NCBI GenBank assembly: GCA_900617105.1
Contig: UYFQ01000596.1
Location: forward strand, 1-64,000
Length of the DNA: 64,000 bases
Direction of reading: 5' to 3'
Origin: Hydrurus foetidus
Taxonomy: Eukaryota
Made by a program: the position numbers and the translations under genes. How positions within the stretch are numbered: the first letter of the stretch is position 1; every line of letters starts with the position of its first letter. This document shows positions 25,115-37,555 of this stretch, piece after piece. The notes below the pieces were generated by a model. The model saw nothing but the letters and a program-made list of their open reading frames with translations, was not told where the DNA came from and did not search any database.

Positions 25115-26909
25115 TTAAATCTGTTGGCTTGTTGGTATGGCTGTTGGCTCGTTGGTGGGGGTGGATGTTGGTGTAGCAGTCGGCTTGTTTGTTGGTGTGG
25201 CTGTTGGCTTGTTAGTTGGTGTGGCTGTTGGCTTGTTAGTTGGTGTGGCTGTTGGCCTGCTTGTAGGAGCACGTGTTGGATTCTGTGTTGGCTTTGCTGT
25301 AGGTTTGAAAGTAGGCCTTAATGTTGGAGTGCGAGTCGGTGTTCTTGTGGGGCTCGAGGTCGGACTGCTGGTTGGTCTCTCACTTGGAGTGGTAGTGGGA
25401 CTTTTTGTGGGCAAGTAGGGCGGTACAGTAGACGGCGTTGAGGCAGCGACCGTCACATAGGTCGAGTACGAAGTCATACCGCACATGTTGACGCCCTGAA
25501 GGGGGTCGGAGTTAGGTGTTAGTAAGTTTCAGATGTTCGCGAAGAATAGACGCAAGAGCCTCTCAGTGTTCTGACGATGATTTGTACGTACCAGTGCGAG
25601 TTTCATGTAGCCTCTCTCGCCCCACCAATCGCCCCAGGAGTTGCGGATGATCCAGTACCCACCTGTGACGTTGACACCAACGATGTTGACGCCATGGTTG
25701 ATGGTGTATATTGGTTTGCAGCTGGAGTAGATGCCGCTTATGTAGGAAGACCAGCCACTCGCATCAACGACAATGGCAAGCGTCCCTCCAGCCAGCACGT
25801 AGTTGATCATGCTCTGCTCCCCCGATACCTTAAAATGATTCACCACCGTGACTGTGTAATCATTTTTGCTGTAGTCGCATGTGCGTGCCGATATGTTGTA
25901 CGGGTAGAAATCTTCGAAGGTGATCCCACCCGTGGCCCTGACATAATTGTAAGCGGTTTCCGGCCAGCCTCCTTGACAGCCAGTGTTCGTACCCCCATAC
26001 GTACTGTAGATGACAGATTTAAATGGAGAGAGTTAAACCTTGTCGTGATTCGGTGACAGGCAGGCAAAGAAACTCACCATTTTGTGATTTGCTGCGTTGA
26101 TAAGATTGTTTCTGGATTAGTTAGGCCTGCCTTGATGGCATCTGACTCGATTTGGGCTGTTGCAGAGAAGGCCCTGCATGTTGTTAGTGAAGTTGGCGAT
26201 TGAGAATCATTGGGTGAATGATCCAAAGAGAGACCAGGCGCCAGGGCACATAGTCATACGCCCTGCTGGGTTTCTGTTGTACTCACCAGCAAGAGCCACA
26301 TCCTCCTTGATTTTTGATGGGAGTTGAGAGCGTACTGGTCCAATCCACAGATGTCTCTGTACTCTTGAATTCCTGCACATCAGCTTCTTCGGTGAGTCTC
26401 CTCTCGGACTCATCCGGTAGAACTGTGCCAAGATACCTCCTTCGGAATTCTTCGTGAGAGAGATCTGCGAAGGGTGTAATGCCGAAGACTGCCGTGCCTT
26501 TGTCTGCTTTTTGGGCGGCATTGAGGATGTCCACATCAGCCAGAGATTCCTTGAAATTCTGAAATCGTTTGCCCAGCTCCTCAGTTGTGGCATACTACGA
26601 TAAAAAAATTGCAAGGGTGATATGAGGCGATGACTGCAGTGCTGCACTACGGTGCTGTGAGCCTCAGTGAAGCAGGCAATGTATTACCTTATGAGAATAG
26701 GTGAGCAGAAACTTTTTGAAGAGCTTCTCTTTACCACTCTCTGGAAGAGATACGTAGGGGAAGGTACCCTGCTCCGCCATCTCTATCTCCATAACTGTCA
26801 TGCCTCCGTCGGCCTTTAGCGCCTTCGCTTGCTGATTTGATCTTAGGGCTAGAAGGAATACTAGAACTTGCCGAAACCGCGAAGCATTTGGTGCGGAGTT
26901 GGAGACCAT
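25115..26909 (-). CDS. Papain-family (C1A) cysteine protease with I29 prodomain and a C-terminal Pro/Thr repeat tail, multi-exon
   Basis: GITPFADLS..EF, KNQGGCGSCW|AFS, GCQGGW, NHGV, YWIIRNSWG..WGE.GY. PTxxPT repeats. The splice phases I checked are in frame. Confidence 0.95.
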
Positions 26910-27260
26910 GTTTTTTGTTGTTGTTGATGTCCCTCAAGCGTTATCGGGTGGCTGGCAGCAGTGAGATAACGATATGGAGTTCTTGCAAAATTAACTATCT
27001 TTCTCGCAGATTCTGTATGGTCGATGAGATTGCAGATTCGATTCTTCGTGTATCAACGTTTCCAGGTATAGGTACCGTCGAGTGCCGTTGCAGCAAGCAG
27101 GTGTATCAGGTACAGCAGAATTTGAGTTCCGTTGCAAGTTGCAACGACAGTTACTCGTTTTGCAGCTGGTAGTTATTGTGGTTTCACTTTTGATTGGTAG
27201 TTATTGTGGTTTCACTTTGCAGATCCCCCCTGTTGGTGATTGCATATAGGGCTACCGTTA

Positions 27261-30200
27261 CAGTCGGAAGGGCCTAAAGTCGACAAAAGTCCCACGAGAA
27301 AAAAAAAAGATGGTGTAGCTAAAACCGGTTAATTTCTTACAAAAACCGGATAGGCGTTGTTTAAGATTACTTTTTACTCGCTTCTGCTTTAAGCTTCCTA
27401 GTTTCTTCGTAATCAGCTTCGATTGTCTTAAAAACGTTACTTGGAATCGCACGATGACTGGAATATTTTTTTACTGCATACTCAAGAACTGATCCATAGA
27501 GGCCATGACGATAACCTTGCATAAATCTAAAGCAATGCTGTGATGCTCTACGAACGAATGACAATGGCAATTTTGTTTCCAATGATATTGGCAGATTGGT
27601 TTCTAAATGTTTAAAAGTATACGTGCATGATCGTCTGTGATATGATTTTAGCCAGCCCCAAACCATCTCAATAAAGTTTAATTCACAGTGATACTTGGGA
27701 TAAAATATAATTTTACAGTGACTGTTTTCAACTACTTCAGTGAGCCACTCTTTCTGGGCTTGAAAATCTGGTTCATTATTTAACACGTATGTTAAACAAC
27801 ACTTCTCGCTGTAATTTCCTTGTTCAAGCCTTAATTCCTTGGACGCTCCATGCTTGCAATCATAGCAAATTTTGTTTAGCTCATGTCCACCATCATTAAG
27901 GTGCTTGTGTCCCCTGCGCTTCAATATGCTCACCAATCCAAGCTGTTCACCTTTTTCATTTCTCATGATCTGCTCAACACGTACGTTCCCTTCGAGGTAC
28001 CAACCGGGTCTCATGAAAGGTACGTTTTTGCCTCCGTCACTCTTGTTCAGCCTATTCGCGTCGAGTCCATCAGGTGCACGAGCGCGATGTGTCATGGAAT
28101 TGTCAAATGCTATCGTCAATTCACAGTTAGGATGATGATATCGAAGGACTTCTATGCAGCCGTTGAATTGGTCCACTAGATGCTGGTTTGTAAACCAACC
28201 CTCACGGCTTGTTCCAGCTTTAAATAGTTGATAGGTCTTTGAACCGTCGGGTGCAGACATAAATCCATGGCAATGGCAGCAAAATCCAGAGATCATTATT
28301 GAAGACCCCTTACTTTTTGGCAAGAGTTTTTTTTTCCCATTCTCTAACCAGTAGTAACGTCTGCCTTCATTGCAGTAAAAGGTGCTTTCATCGTGAGTTA
28401 TTAAAACAGCTTCTTTCTCTCCATCCTTCAATGAAGGTGTTACGGGTATCGACATATCGTCTCCTCGATAAAATGTCATTCTTGATTCCAATTCAGCCAT
28501 GTCCTCCAGGAACTTCACCCTAGATGCCACTACGTCTGGTCTCTCATGAGCGTCTGTGAACCACCCTTTAGAAGCGATGGTAGCGTTGAAACCCAAGCTG
28601 ATTATCCATCTTTTAGCAGTGTCGTAGCATATTTTCTTTGGAGCATCCTTAAATTTGGTAAGTAGTCCATCTGGCTTGTTACAATGTTCCATAAAAATAG
28701 AAGGTGTCCTCTCTTCATCTGTTAGTTCGCGTAGGAAATTCTGTATCATTTTTCTGTTGGTCTCATCGTTGAATACAGAAAACGTCTTGACGTGTTGACC
28801 CTGTTTATACTTCTGAAACTCTCCCATTTCTAAGTACTGGTCTGCCCAATGTCTGATACTCCTTGCTTTATAAGATTTATTTGCTTCCGAAAGTACCATT
28901 CTTGTCTTATTTTTGGTCGAGTGAGGGTAGAAAAACAAGGCAACTGTTCCACTACTATCCATTTTATTTGTTCCATCGATGAGCAAACAATAATATTTGT
29001 AAACAGCTCGAGCTCTAGTAATTTCCCACGGTAGCAATAAGTTAGATGCGTTGGTAGCGTCCCTTGAGTCTGTGATTAGAGGCCTCAGACTTTGCATAGC
29101 TTCTTCTACGTCGTACTTTTTGCGAACAGTGGTCTTACTTGCCACTTCACCCAATATGAACTGACAATAGTTAGACTCTTCATCTGTGTCATAGACTGGA
29201 CGACGGGGCTGTGCCTTGAAAAATGACCCGATTTTCGGTAGGTGGCGATCTTCCATCTTATCCTCCGCTTTCTTTTCTTTCTTTCTGTAGAATGTCGAAC
29301 GACTTGTTCCGCAATCTCTCCTGCCACAATTATGTCCAGTCGATCTCCACCGTTTCTCTGTTTCCTCAATCGATGTCAACAAACTCACCGATATGTCGCT
29401 GTTATTCAGGTCACATTGTAACTCGATGTCATCTTGGCTGTCATCATCGAAGCCGTCAGCACAATCTGGCAGATACCTCCAAACATTGCCATCGATGCGA
29501 ATTCCTACGTCGGAATCACTGTCACAATCAATGTCGATTTCCTGACATCTGTCGCTGCGAGGTGAAACGTCATCTTCGATGACATCTCTTACACCAGCAT
29601 TAGGAGTCTCAACATAAAAACGTCCATCAATAGCTCGCTTGAGCGACTCCAAAACTTTCAACTGATGTCTCCGACGCTTTGATCGAGGGGCCATGTGCAA
29701 GATATGTATGAAATCTGTAGTTCCTGTGATGACGTGATGAGAGTAGAAAGTAATATGAACAGAATAAACATGCTGTGTCGTGCAGTCCACAGCTTCTCAA
29801 TCAAGTTCTGTACCGAAACCGTACTTACGATTCCGTACCTACGAATTTATACGGTTCTGCAATCCGCGGTACGGTACACAGGTGATGTACTTTGTACTGT
29901 ATACGAGATCACAGTCCAAAATAGATTAAAATCATTAGCGGAGCCCCATCTGCTATAGGAGTGGCTTTAGCCACTCCTCATCAGGAAGGATTTCACCTCA
30001 TTAGACACTTTTGAGGCGGAGGAATGTATTTTATTGAGCTTACACAGTCAAAATTATGACACTTCATAGGCGACAACTCATCACAGTTCTCAGCGATTCT
30101 CGTTCAGTCTTGTAAACCTTGCATTTCGAGCCGTCCATGGTTTCAATACCTGCTAAATGAAATCGAAGGAATGATGCAGAAGTGAGCAATCGTCCGTAGA

Positions 30201-31010
30201 CAATTCTTGTCTGCAATTTTGTCGTTATTTTAGGAGCATCACATGGCAACATCTTAGATGTCGTTTTCATCCTAAATTTCAATAGCAACAGAATCCAATG
30301 ACATCACGGGGAGAGAGAGTACCATCAAGAAGCTGCGGTATGAAGCGCCAGCAACGAAAACGGCGAATCTGACGATTTGTTGGAAATTCAAAATTCAGTC
30401 GTGGAAACCCATCGATTTCCAATCATTCCGCAAACCTGTCGAGCAGCGGGTGACAAAAATCTCCTTCCGGTTGTTCCCAGGTTGAGAAGAGCCTCGTTTG
30501 CTGATGCGTTGTTGACTTCCTGATGGCCGAAATCAGTGAGAGAATGTGATATCTGAGATGATCAGATCGAAATTCGGAGTTTCAATGGGTGGATTTAGGT
30601 CTCCACATCGATTTCCGGGCAGGGGGGCAAAAAAATTTATTGCCACCTAAAAAAATACTAAATCGTACCTAAATTGTAAATTGTAATGATCCACTTGTAG
30701 CCATACCATAATGCTACTTGTGCTAAGCTTAGAACTGCTTAAAACTAGTTTTTAAAAATGAGCGCACGTACTTGCTGGTACATCTTGATTTCTCACCATA
30801 CTAATCCCACGAGATTCCTCACCACTCAACTTTGACCCTCCATAACTTTTTCACCGGGATGAAAAAAAAAAGTGACCATATAGATTTGTTCCTTGTTGTG
30901 ATACGGTCATTATTATATGGTTACAAACTCCAATAAAATTAACGTGAATCTTTTGATACAGTCGGCGTTTCCCCCATATACGTAATGTCGACTTTAGGCC
31001 CTTCCGACTG
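27261..31010 (-). mobile_element. IS630/Tc1/mariner-superfamily DNA transposon, apparently intact
   Basis: Perfect 25-bp TIR CAGTCGGAAGGGCCTAAAGTCGACA (27261-27285; 30986-31010), with TA on both flanks. Confidence 0.95.
27367..29694 (-). CDS. DDE transposase with an expanded D-E spacer (probable start MAPRSKRR)
   Basis: Uninterrupted ORF with HDESTF, FDNSMTH and PKYHCELNFIE motifs. Confidence 0.9.
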   Translation of the reverse strand: MAPRSKRRRHQLKVLESLKRAIDGRFYVETPNAGVRDVIEDDVSPRSDRCQEIDIDCDSDSDVGIRIDGNVWRYLPDCADGFDDDSQDDIELQCDLNNSDISVSLLTSIEETEKRWRSTGHNCGRRDCGTSRSTFYRKKEKKAEDKMEDRHLPKIGSFFKAQPRRPVYDTDEESNYCQFILGEVASKTTVRKKYDVEEAMQSLRPLITDSRDATNASNLLLPWEITRARAVYKYYCLLIDGTNKMDSSGTVALFFYPHSTKNKTRMVLSEANKSYKARSIRHWADQYLEMGEFQKYKQGQHVKTFSVFNDETNRKMIQNFLRELTDEERTPSIFMEHCNKPDGLLTKFKDAPKKICYDTAKRWIISLGFNATIASKGWFTDAHERPDVVASRVKFLEDMAELESRMTFYRGDDMSIPVTPSLKDGEKEAVLITHDESTFYCNEGRRYYWLENGKKKLLPKSKGSSIMISGFCCHCHGFMSAPDGSKTYQLFKAGTSREGWFTNQHLVDQFNGCIEVLRYHHPNCELTIAFDNSMTHRARAPDGLDANRLNKSDGGKNVPFMRPGWYLEGNVRVEQIMRNEKGEQLGLVSILKRRGHKHLNDGGHELNKICYDCKHGASKELRLEQGNYSEKCCLTYVLNNEPDFQAQKEWLTEVVENSHCKIIFYPKYHCELNFIEMVWGWLKSYHRRSCTYTFKHLETNLPISLETKLPLSFVRRASQHCFRFMQGYRHGLYGSVLEYAVKKYSSHRAIPSNVFKTIEADYEETRKLKAEASKK

Positions 31011-31201
31011 TAGTGAGTCAATTTGCACTACTGAAGCATCCGACTACTGGTTGGGTGCAAAATACAGTGTGATTTATGTACTTCTGCCCATAAATAAGAT
31101 TATCTAAGATGTAATCTTGTTAGAGGTATCGGCACCTTAGTAAAATAAAATCCAAATGACTGAGTTATAATTTACTATTCCAACCGATCTCTACGTTATT
31201 A

Positions 31202-31439
31202 CCAGAGCAGAATAAACTGTCCCCTTTTCATCGAAAAACTCAGATGGAGTGATGATAAATCGATCACCCTACACGGCCCCACACCATACTAAAAAATACA
31301 AAAACCGAGGATCGTTCGCCATTTTTTGCTTTTTAATTTTTTAGTATGGTGTGGGGCCGTGTGGGGTACTTATTATCATCACTCCATTTGAGTTTTTTCC
31401 CACAGAAGAGTGGACACTTTATTCTTTATTCTGCTCTGG
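31202..31439. mobile_element. Foldback MITE with TA flanks
   Basis: TA-CCAGAGCAGAATAAA...TTTATTCTGCTCTGG-TA. The inner arms are also complementary (ACACGGCCCCACACCATACTAAAAAAT / ATTTTTTAGTATGGTGTGGGGCCGTGT). Confidence 0.85.
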
Positions 31440-32555
31440 TAATAATGGATGACGGGTGACAGACAGTTGACATTGAATAATATTTTGTATTTTGCATTCT
31501 GTATTTTGTGTTATTTTGCATTTTATGTTGCATGGGATACATCATACATCATCTGTCTCTGCAATGTAGTTACTACGGTATGTACACAGGATGATGAGGA
31601 TTCGGGCCAGAGTCATATATAGTCCGATATAGAGTACAGTTTACACGTCACACTTTACAGTGTACGCACAGCACATTATATACAAGCCTTGGGAAAAACT
31701 AATTTCTCGTTATATCGTAGGAAGAGGGGTCGACTTTGTGATATTGAGATATTGCTTTAACACCGCTAATGCGCAATTGCATTGCACGAGTCATCAGACA
31801 ATTCTAATCTGTCAATGACCGACAATCATCACCATTATTTTGGAATTCTTTCTATTCTTTATGTCGTTTATGCTTCATGATTCTGGCCTAGATCTCGAAT
31901 TAGAGTTCAATGAAGCAGTAGTCCGTCTAAGCTGCTTTGGAACTAACAGTAGCTCATGCACTTTCTTTGACGATATTTCAGAAAAATCGACGGGCAATGT
32001 CGACGAGCTAACCGATAAGTGAAGATTACGTGTTCCGATTGAAAAGTAACCGATGACAATGTCTAATCTACATCTTGGAAAGACCGATTTCCTGTAGTCG
32101 AGAGAAATTGTCTCATAACTTCACTACATAATGTCCGAGCTGAAATTCGTTGGGTGTCCGCCACGACCAACATGTCTAATTTTGTGATGCAGTGGAGAGC
32201 TGTTTTAAAGTCTTCATTTAAGATTTGCGAATCAGGGGACGGTCACGAGATTCGTAGGAAATGTTGGTATGGTATCAAAAGAGAGTTTTAAGTTTTCGGA
32301 GTAATTTTGTCATACATTTCTATGTAAATATGTGTGGGAGTCTTTTTGTTGGGTCAGAAGTGACGTTACCTCTACCAACACAAAGTGCCCTCTAATGCAT
32401 GTACTTGGTGGTTGCCTTGCTGCAAGTCTGTGACTATTCTGAATACATCGGATGTAATTTAGGGGTAGATACATCGCGTGTCGCAATGCACTGTATCAGT
32501 CGAAACATTTAAGATGCTGACACGGTCTGGTGACGTCCAGGTCACTAGACGGGGA

Positions 32556-35500
32556 TCATGCTGTGTATCCGACAATCACCGGAAGAGCTCCTAGCGCCTG
32601 CAGGTAAGGGTTGAAAAAGAAAAGTCAATCAGCCTGGTTCGTCAGAAATGCGAAACGCTGCATATTGGATGAGCTACTCTTAGTCTCCATTTCTAAGGTG
32701 TGATCAGAGCATTCAGCATACAGCATGATGAAATCATGTCGACTCAGTCAAGTTACACAAAACAAGAGGCGCATCAAATAGCAACGGGACCATGATGTCG
32801 AACCTCGTTGAATGAGCGGAGGAGCGTCGATAGCAACAGTTGGGAAGATGCTTCGTAGAGAAAACGATGGATGTGATAGTACATGTTGCCGGCGATGTGG
32901 TTGTAGGCAAATGGTGAGGAGATGATGCCGTTCACGATGACGAATTCTTCCTTTGTCACGAGAGTGTGCAGTCCCTCTGACATTATGTTCGCAACTGAAG
33001 ACACGCTCTCCTCACCCGAGACAGTCGCGACGCAGTCATTGACTGTCACCTGGGAGGCGTACTTGAGAGGCAGCGGTGAGGATGTGCCACATGCACCAGC
33101 TGGGAGCACGTGGCTCTTAGTCATTTTGACGTCTCGGCCGCTCGCAGTGGTGATGTGCACGAAGAGCGCGGTGTCTCTGTTTGCTTTATGGGGCAAGAAT
33201 ACCACTTCAGAAAAGGAGATCCTACCTGCAGCATCGGCTGCTAGTACTCGATCACCGACCACGAGTTCAGAGATCTGACGGTCCTCGCCAGACTCCAGTC
33301 TGACAGTCTCCGATCCAGCAAAACAGTCTTTAGCTTTGCTTTCGACAGATGGTGCTGCCGCAGCTGGCTTAGCTGCCGCTACTAACTCGTATTTAGAGCC
33401 TCCTGGACCGCACTTACCGAGCGTAGCAGCTTCAGACGCTTTGGGTATTGTGCAGTCCGGTTTCTCGAACTTCTTGATTGAATAGGACGTGGCTAGCAGA
33501 ATACAGGTCATTGATGATTATATACCAGGTGACACGAAGTACATAATGGCAGACGATTGGGTAGGGAAAAAAAGATGCACAGTTGAAAAGCGTGTTAGTT
33601 GATCTCGGCAAAAGTGATGCACGATCTTACCGTTCGCTTGAATAATCAGAGAGGATTCTTTGATGCAAGTACCAAGGGCGAGATACTTTGTTTGGTAGTT
33701 CTCAGTGGAGCACTTAACATCACCGTTCTTATATAGCCTGCGATTAATTGTTTGGGGTGATAAGAGTTTGGAATTGGAATGTCAATTAGTAGGTGTCGTT
33801 CTGTGAGAACAGTAAACCGTTATGGGCTGGTTGTTAGTCGACAGTAATTTTGAGATGGATTTGAGAATAGCGTTACATGGAAAGGGTAAGCTGCATGATA
33901 ATATGGGTAGAGGAGCGCGATAACAAGCGATTACATGGGGAAATGCAATGCATCCGATGCTTTCGATGTATCGGAAAATGTCGTACCTATTACTCGCCAT
34001 GGCTGCTGATGAGGGAGGGACACCAGTTGGGGTGACGATAGTCAAGTAGGATTCTGTGCACTTATCCGTGTAGCTTATCAATTCCGTGGTTAGCATGGTT
34101 GTGCATGCCGCGTCGGAGTGGTACATGGTTGTTATAGTGTTCGCGGTCGCGGTATACATGACGTATTTACCAGTAGATACTAAGTTGCAGGCGTTTAGAA
34201 GATTGCTTTCGGCGTAGACCAAGCTGACGCATGTCGAGTCGGCGTATCGTGCCCTTGTGTAGTATCCACTCACAAGTGCTCCTGGCATCGAAGGCATGGA
34301 GGGCATCGAAGGCATAATGGGAGACGATACAGGTTTTGCGCTGATGGCCGGTTTCGATATGACAGGAGCCATTGATGGTGCTCCAGTGACAGCCGGATTT
34401 GACATGACTGGAGCAACCGATGGTGCCCCAGTGATCGCGGGATTTGGCATGACTGGAGCAACCGATGGTGCTCGAGTGACAGCCGGATTTGACATGACAG
34501 GAGCCATTGATGGTGCTCCAGTGATCGCGGGATTTGACATAACTGGAGCCACCGATGGTGCTCCAATGACGCGGGATTTGACATAACTGGAGCAATTGAT
34601 GGTGCCCCAGTGATCGCGGGATTTGACATGACTGGAGCCATTGATGGTGCTCCAATGATCGCGGGATTTGACATGACTGGAGCAATCGATGGTGCTCCAA
34701 TGATCGCGGGATTTGACATGACAGGAGCCATTGATGGTGCTCCAGTGACAGCCGGATTTGACATAACTGGAGCCATTGATGGTACTCCAATGATCGCGGG
34801 ATTTGGCACAACTGGAACAGTTGCTGGTACTTTGCTAATGGCAGGATTCATCATAACTGGAGCAACCGATGGTGCCCCAGTGATCGCGGGATTTGACATG
34901 ACTGGAGCCATTGATGGTGCTCCAATGATCGCGGGATTTGACATGACTGGAGCAACCGATGGTGCTCCGATGATCGCGGGATTTGGCACAACTGGAACAG
35001 TTGCTGGTACTTTGCTAATGGCAGGATTCATCATAACTGGAGCAACCGATGGTGCCCCAGTGACAGCGGGATTTGGCACAACTGGAGCCATTGATGGTGC
35101 TCCAATGATCGCGGGATTTGACATGACTGGAGCAGCCGATGGTGCCCCAGTGATCGCGGGATTTGGCACAACTGGAACAGTTGCTGGTACTTTGCTAATG
35201 GCAGGATTCATCATAACTGGAGCAACCGATGGTGCCCCAGTGACAGCCGGATTTGGCACACTAGGGACCATTGCTGGTACCCTGCTAGTGGCGGGACTAG
35301 ACATCACTGGAGCCGTTGAGGGAGCCGTCATGATCGCGGGGTTTGATGAGATTGCAGCCACCGCTGGCGACACGCTGAAAGTCCCCGGCGTTATCACGTT
35401 TGGAAATGTCGTAATAGTTGAGACGGTTGGCGATCCTGGTGATATTAGGATTGGGAACGTCGTAATAGTCGAGACGGTTGGCGATCCTGGTGATATTATG

Positions 35501-35823
35501 ATTGGGAACGTCGTAATAGTCGAGACGGTTGGCGATCCTGGTGATATTATGATTGGGAACGTCGTAATAGTCGAGACGGTTGGCGATCCTGGTGATATTA
35601 TGATTGGGAACGTCGTAATAGTCGAGACGGTTGGCGATCCTGGTGCTATTACGGTTGGGGGTGATAAGCTTGGAGACGATGATGGCACAAAGCTGACATC
35701 TGCAGTGGACGCCGTCAGAGAGAAACTTTTGTCCGCTGGATATCTCTGATGTTGCGGCAAAACTGCTGAGGTGAATGCATTCAAAGACCCAATGAGGGTG
35801 ATGACGAGAACACGGCTGACCAT
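32556..35823 (-). CDS. Secreted Pro/Ser/Thr repeat protein with C-terminal Hint (hedgehog-type Hog) domain; 1-bp frameshift near 34570
   Basis: Signal peptide MVSRVLVITLIG; 17-aa and 15-aa repeats; Cys-containing middle exons. Hint motifs CFAGSETV...L.VGDRVL...MTKSH...FVIVNGIISSPFA. Confidence 0.88.
34335..35645 (-). repeat. Coding minisatellites: 45-bp unit (PAITGAPSxAPVMSN) and 51-bp unit (SPGSPTVSTITTFPIII, about 5 copies)
   Basis: Visible tandem units in both DNA and translation. Confidence 0.95.
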
Positions 35824-36101
35824 CTTCAGTGGGTATTTCTCGGCTAGTGCAGAGGCTTCTAATCGACCACGATGTAGGCGTTGTCCTTCTATGGGGTGTG
35901 CCGAAGGCGTTCAACGGCACAATTTGCAACGTTTGTTGTTTCAGTAGATTCGAAGCATCAACCGTTCCTAAGACGATGAGTGGAGAGTCGAGCGAGCACA
36001 TCGTTTCTATTTTTTTCAAAAATTTTAAAAATTATTATGGCGTGCGATACCAGTGCTGCCAACAATGTGGTGGGGTCGGAAATGTGGTGGGTTCTCTCAA
36101 A

Positions 36102-36721
36102 ATGCCCCATTTTGAACCCCCATATATACATTTCTCAAAAACTGAATATTCTATTTGAGTAATTAGATAGCTGTCATTCCATTTCCAAAATCAAATTTAT
36201 TTGAAACAAATTTTGAAATGCAGATATTCCCTTCGGAAATGTATCGCTGGTTTTTAACTTGATTCTGGCTGCATTCTCAAGGTAAGTTAGATATCTTATC
36301 GTGTCTAAAATGGTCGAATTAGTGGGGACGTGAAAAGATTTGACGTAGAACGGAACGATTCAAGAGATAAAACGTATTTAGAGACAATTTACAGTGTTTT
36401 CGTGGATTCCGGACCGTGAATTTACGTCATTTTTCGGGGAAAACACTGTAAAATGTCTCTGTAAACGTTTTTATCTCTTGAATCGTTCCATTCTATGTCC
36501 CCACTAATTCGACCATTTCAGACACGATAAGATATCTAACTTACATTGAGAATGCAGCCAGAATCAACTAAAAAAACAGCGATGTATTTCCTAAGGGAAT
36601 ATCTGCACTTCAAAATTTGTTTCAAATAAGTGCGATTTTGAAATGGAGTCACGGCTATCTAATTACTCAAAATAGAAATATTCGATTTTTAATGCTAGCA
36701 AGGGAGTTCAAATGGGGCATT
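36102..36721. repeat. ~620-bp imperfect palindrome (foldback element)
   Basis: Arms of about 300 bp, AATGCCCCATTT...ACAGTGTTTTC / GAAAACACTGT...AAATGGGGCATT, around a ~30-bp centre. Confidence 0.9.
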
Positions 36722-37555
36722 CCGGCTCGGTAATTGGCAGCACCTGAATAAACAGGCCAGGCCGGTCCTTACTGGCGAACCTGGATACTGCAAGGGGGTA
36801 TTAAAAGGAGAGGGGGCACTTTGACGCCACCGGCTGCGGTAAATTTTTCTCACACGTCGCACACTCAAAATTCAAAATTCATTTTTTTGGAATACCACGA
36901 TCCGGAAATTGCTGGTGCGTTCGGTAAATAGAGTGGTTGCGATTTTCGTTATTTGACCTTTTTTTTCAAATATTCAAAAAAAACCCGAAAAAATATTCAA
37001 ATATTCTTGGATCCCCCACTCAAAATAAAAAAAAGTCGAATCCGTCAAAATGTGAAATTCGACTTTTTTCATTCTGTGAAAATCACTGATCTCATTTTTA
37101 TTTTCCCTGAAGGTTGAATTTTCCCTTCGCAACCACTTCGGGAGGGAATTTGAAAAGTTCTTGGTCCATAACACCTCGATAAATTTCTGCCTATCACAAA
37201 ATACGGAAACGGTCACTTCACATTTCCCACTGAAGTCTTCCAGTATTCTTCAATCCAATGCTATCGCAGTTCGCTAGATACATCGAGATATCATCGCACG
37301 CTCTCTTTTGAGCTGTACATCAAGCCAACTTCTTGTCGAGCTGGTTAGTTTTAGTAGAGCTGTTTTGTCTACAAGTCATCTGATTCCTTCAGAAATCATA
37401 ACGGATTTCTTTCTCAACGTCCTCGAAATCATGTTTATTGCAAGCCATGACATACAGAAGTAATCTCAGCTAGCGGAGACTAGTCGAATCTTTTCTTAAA
37501 CTATAATAAAAGCTTATTTTCTTCGCTCCGCTAGCTGGCATTCTTTGTACCAACA

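Noticed and set aside
25985..26080. Frameshift in the protease gene
   Set aside because: On recount, the intron joins TG|T in frame (…ITKC TYGGTNTGCQGG).
27167..27220. ~28-bp tandem duplication near the Tc1 end
   Set aside because: Local slippage outside the TA-flanked element; not its TSD.
34296..35749. Plus-strand 379-aa and 96-aa repeat ORFs
   Set aside because: Antisense shadows of the coding minisatellite.
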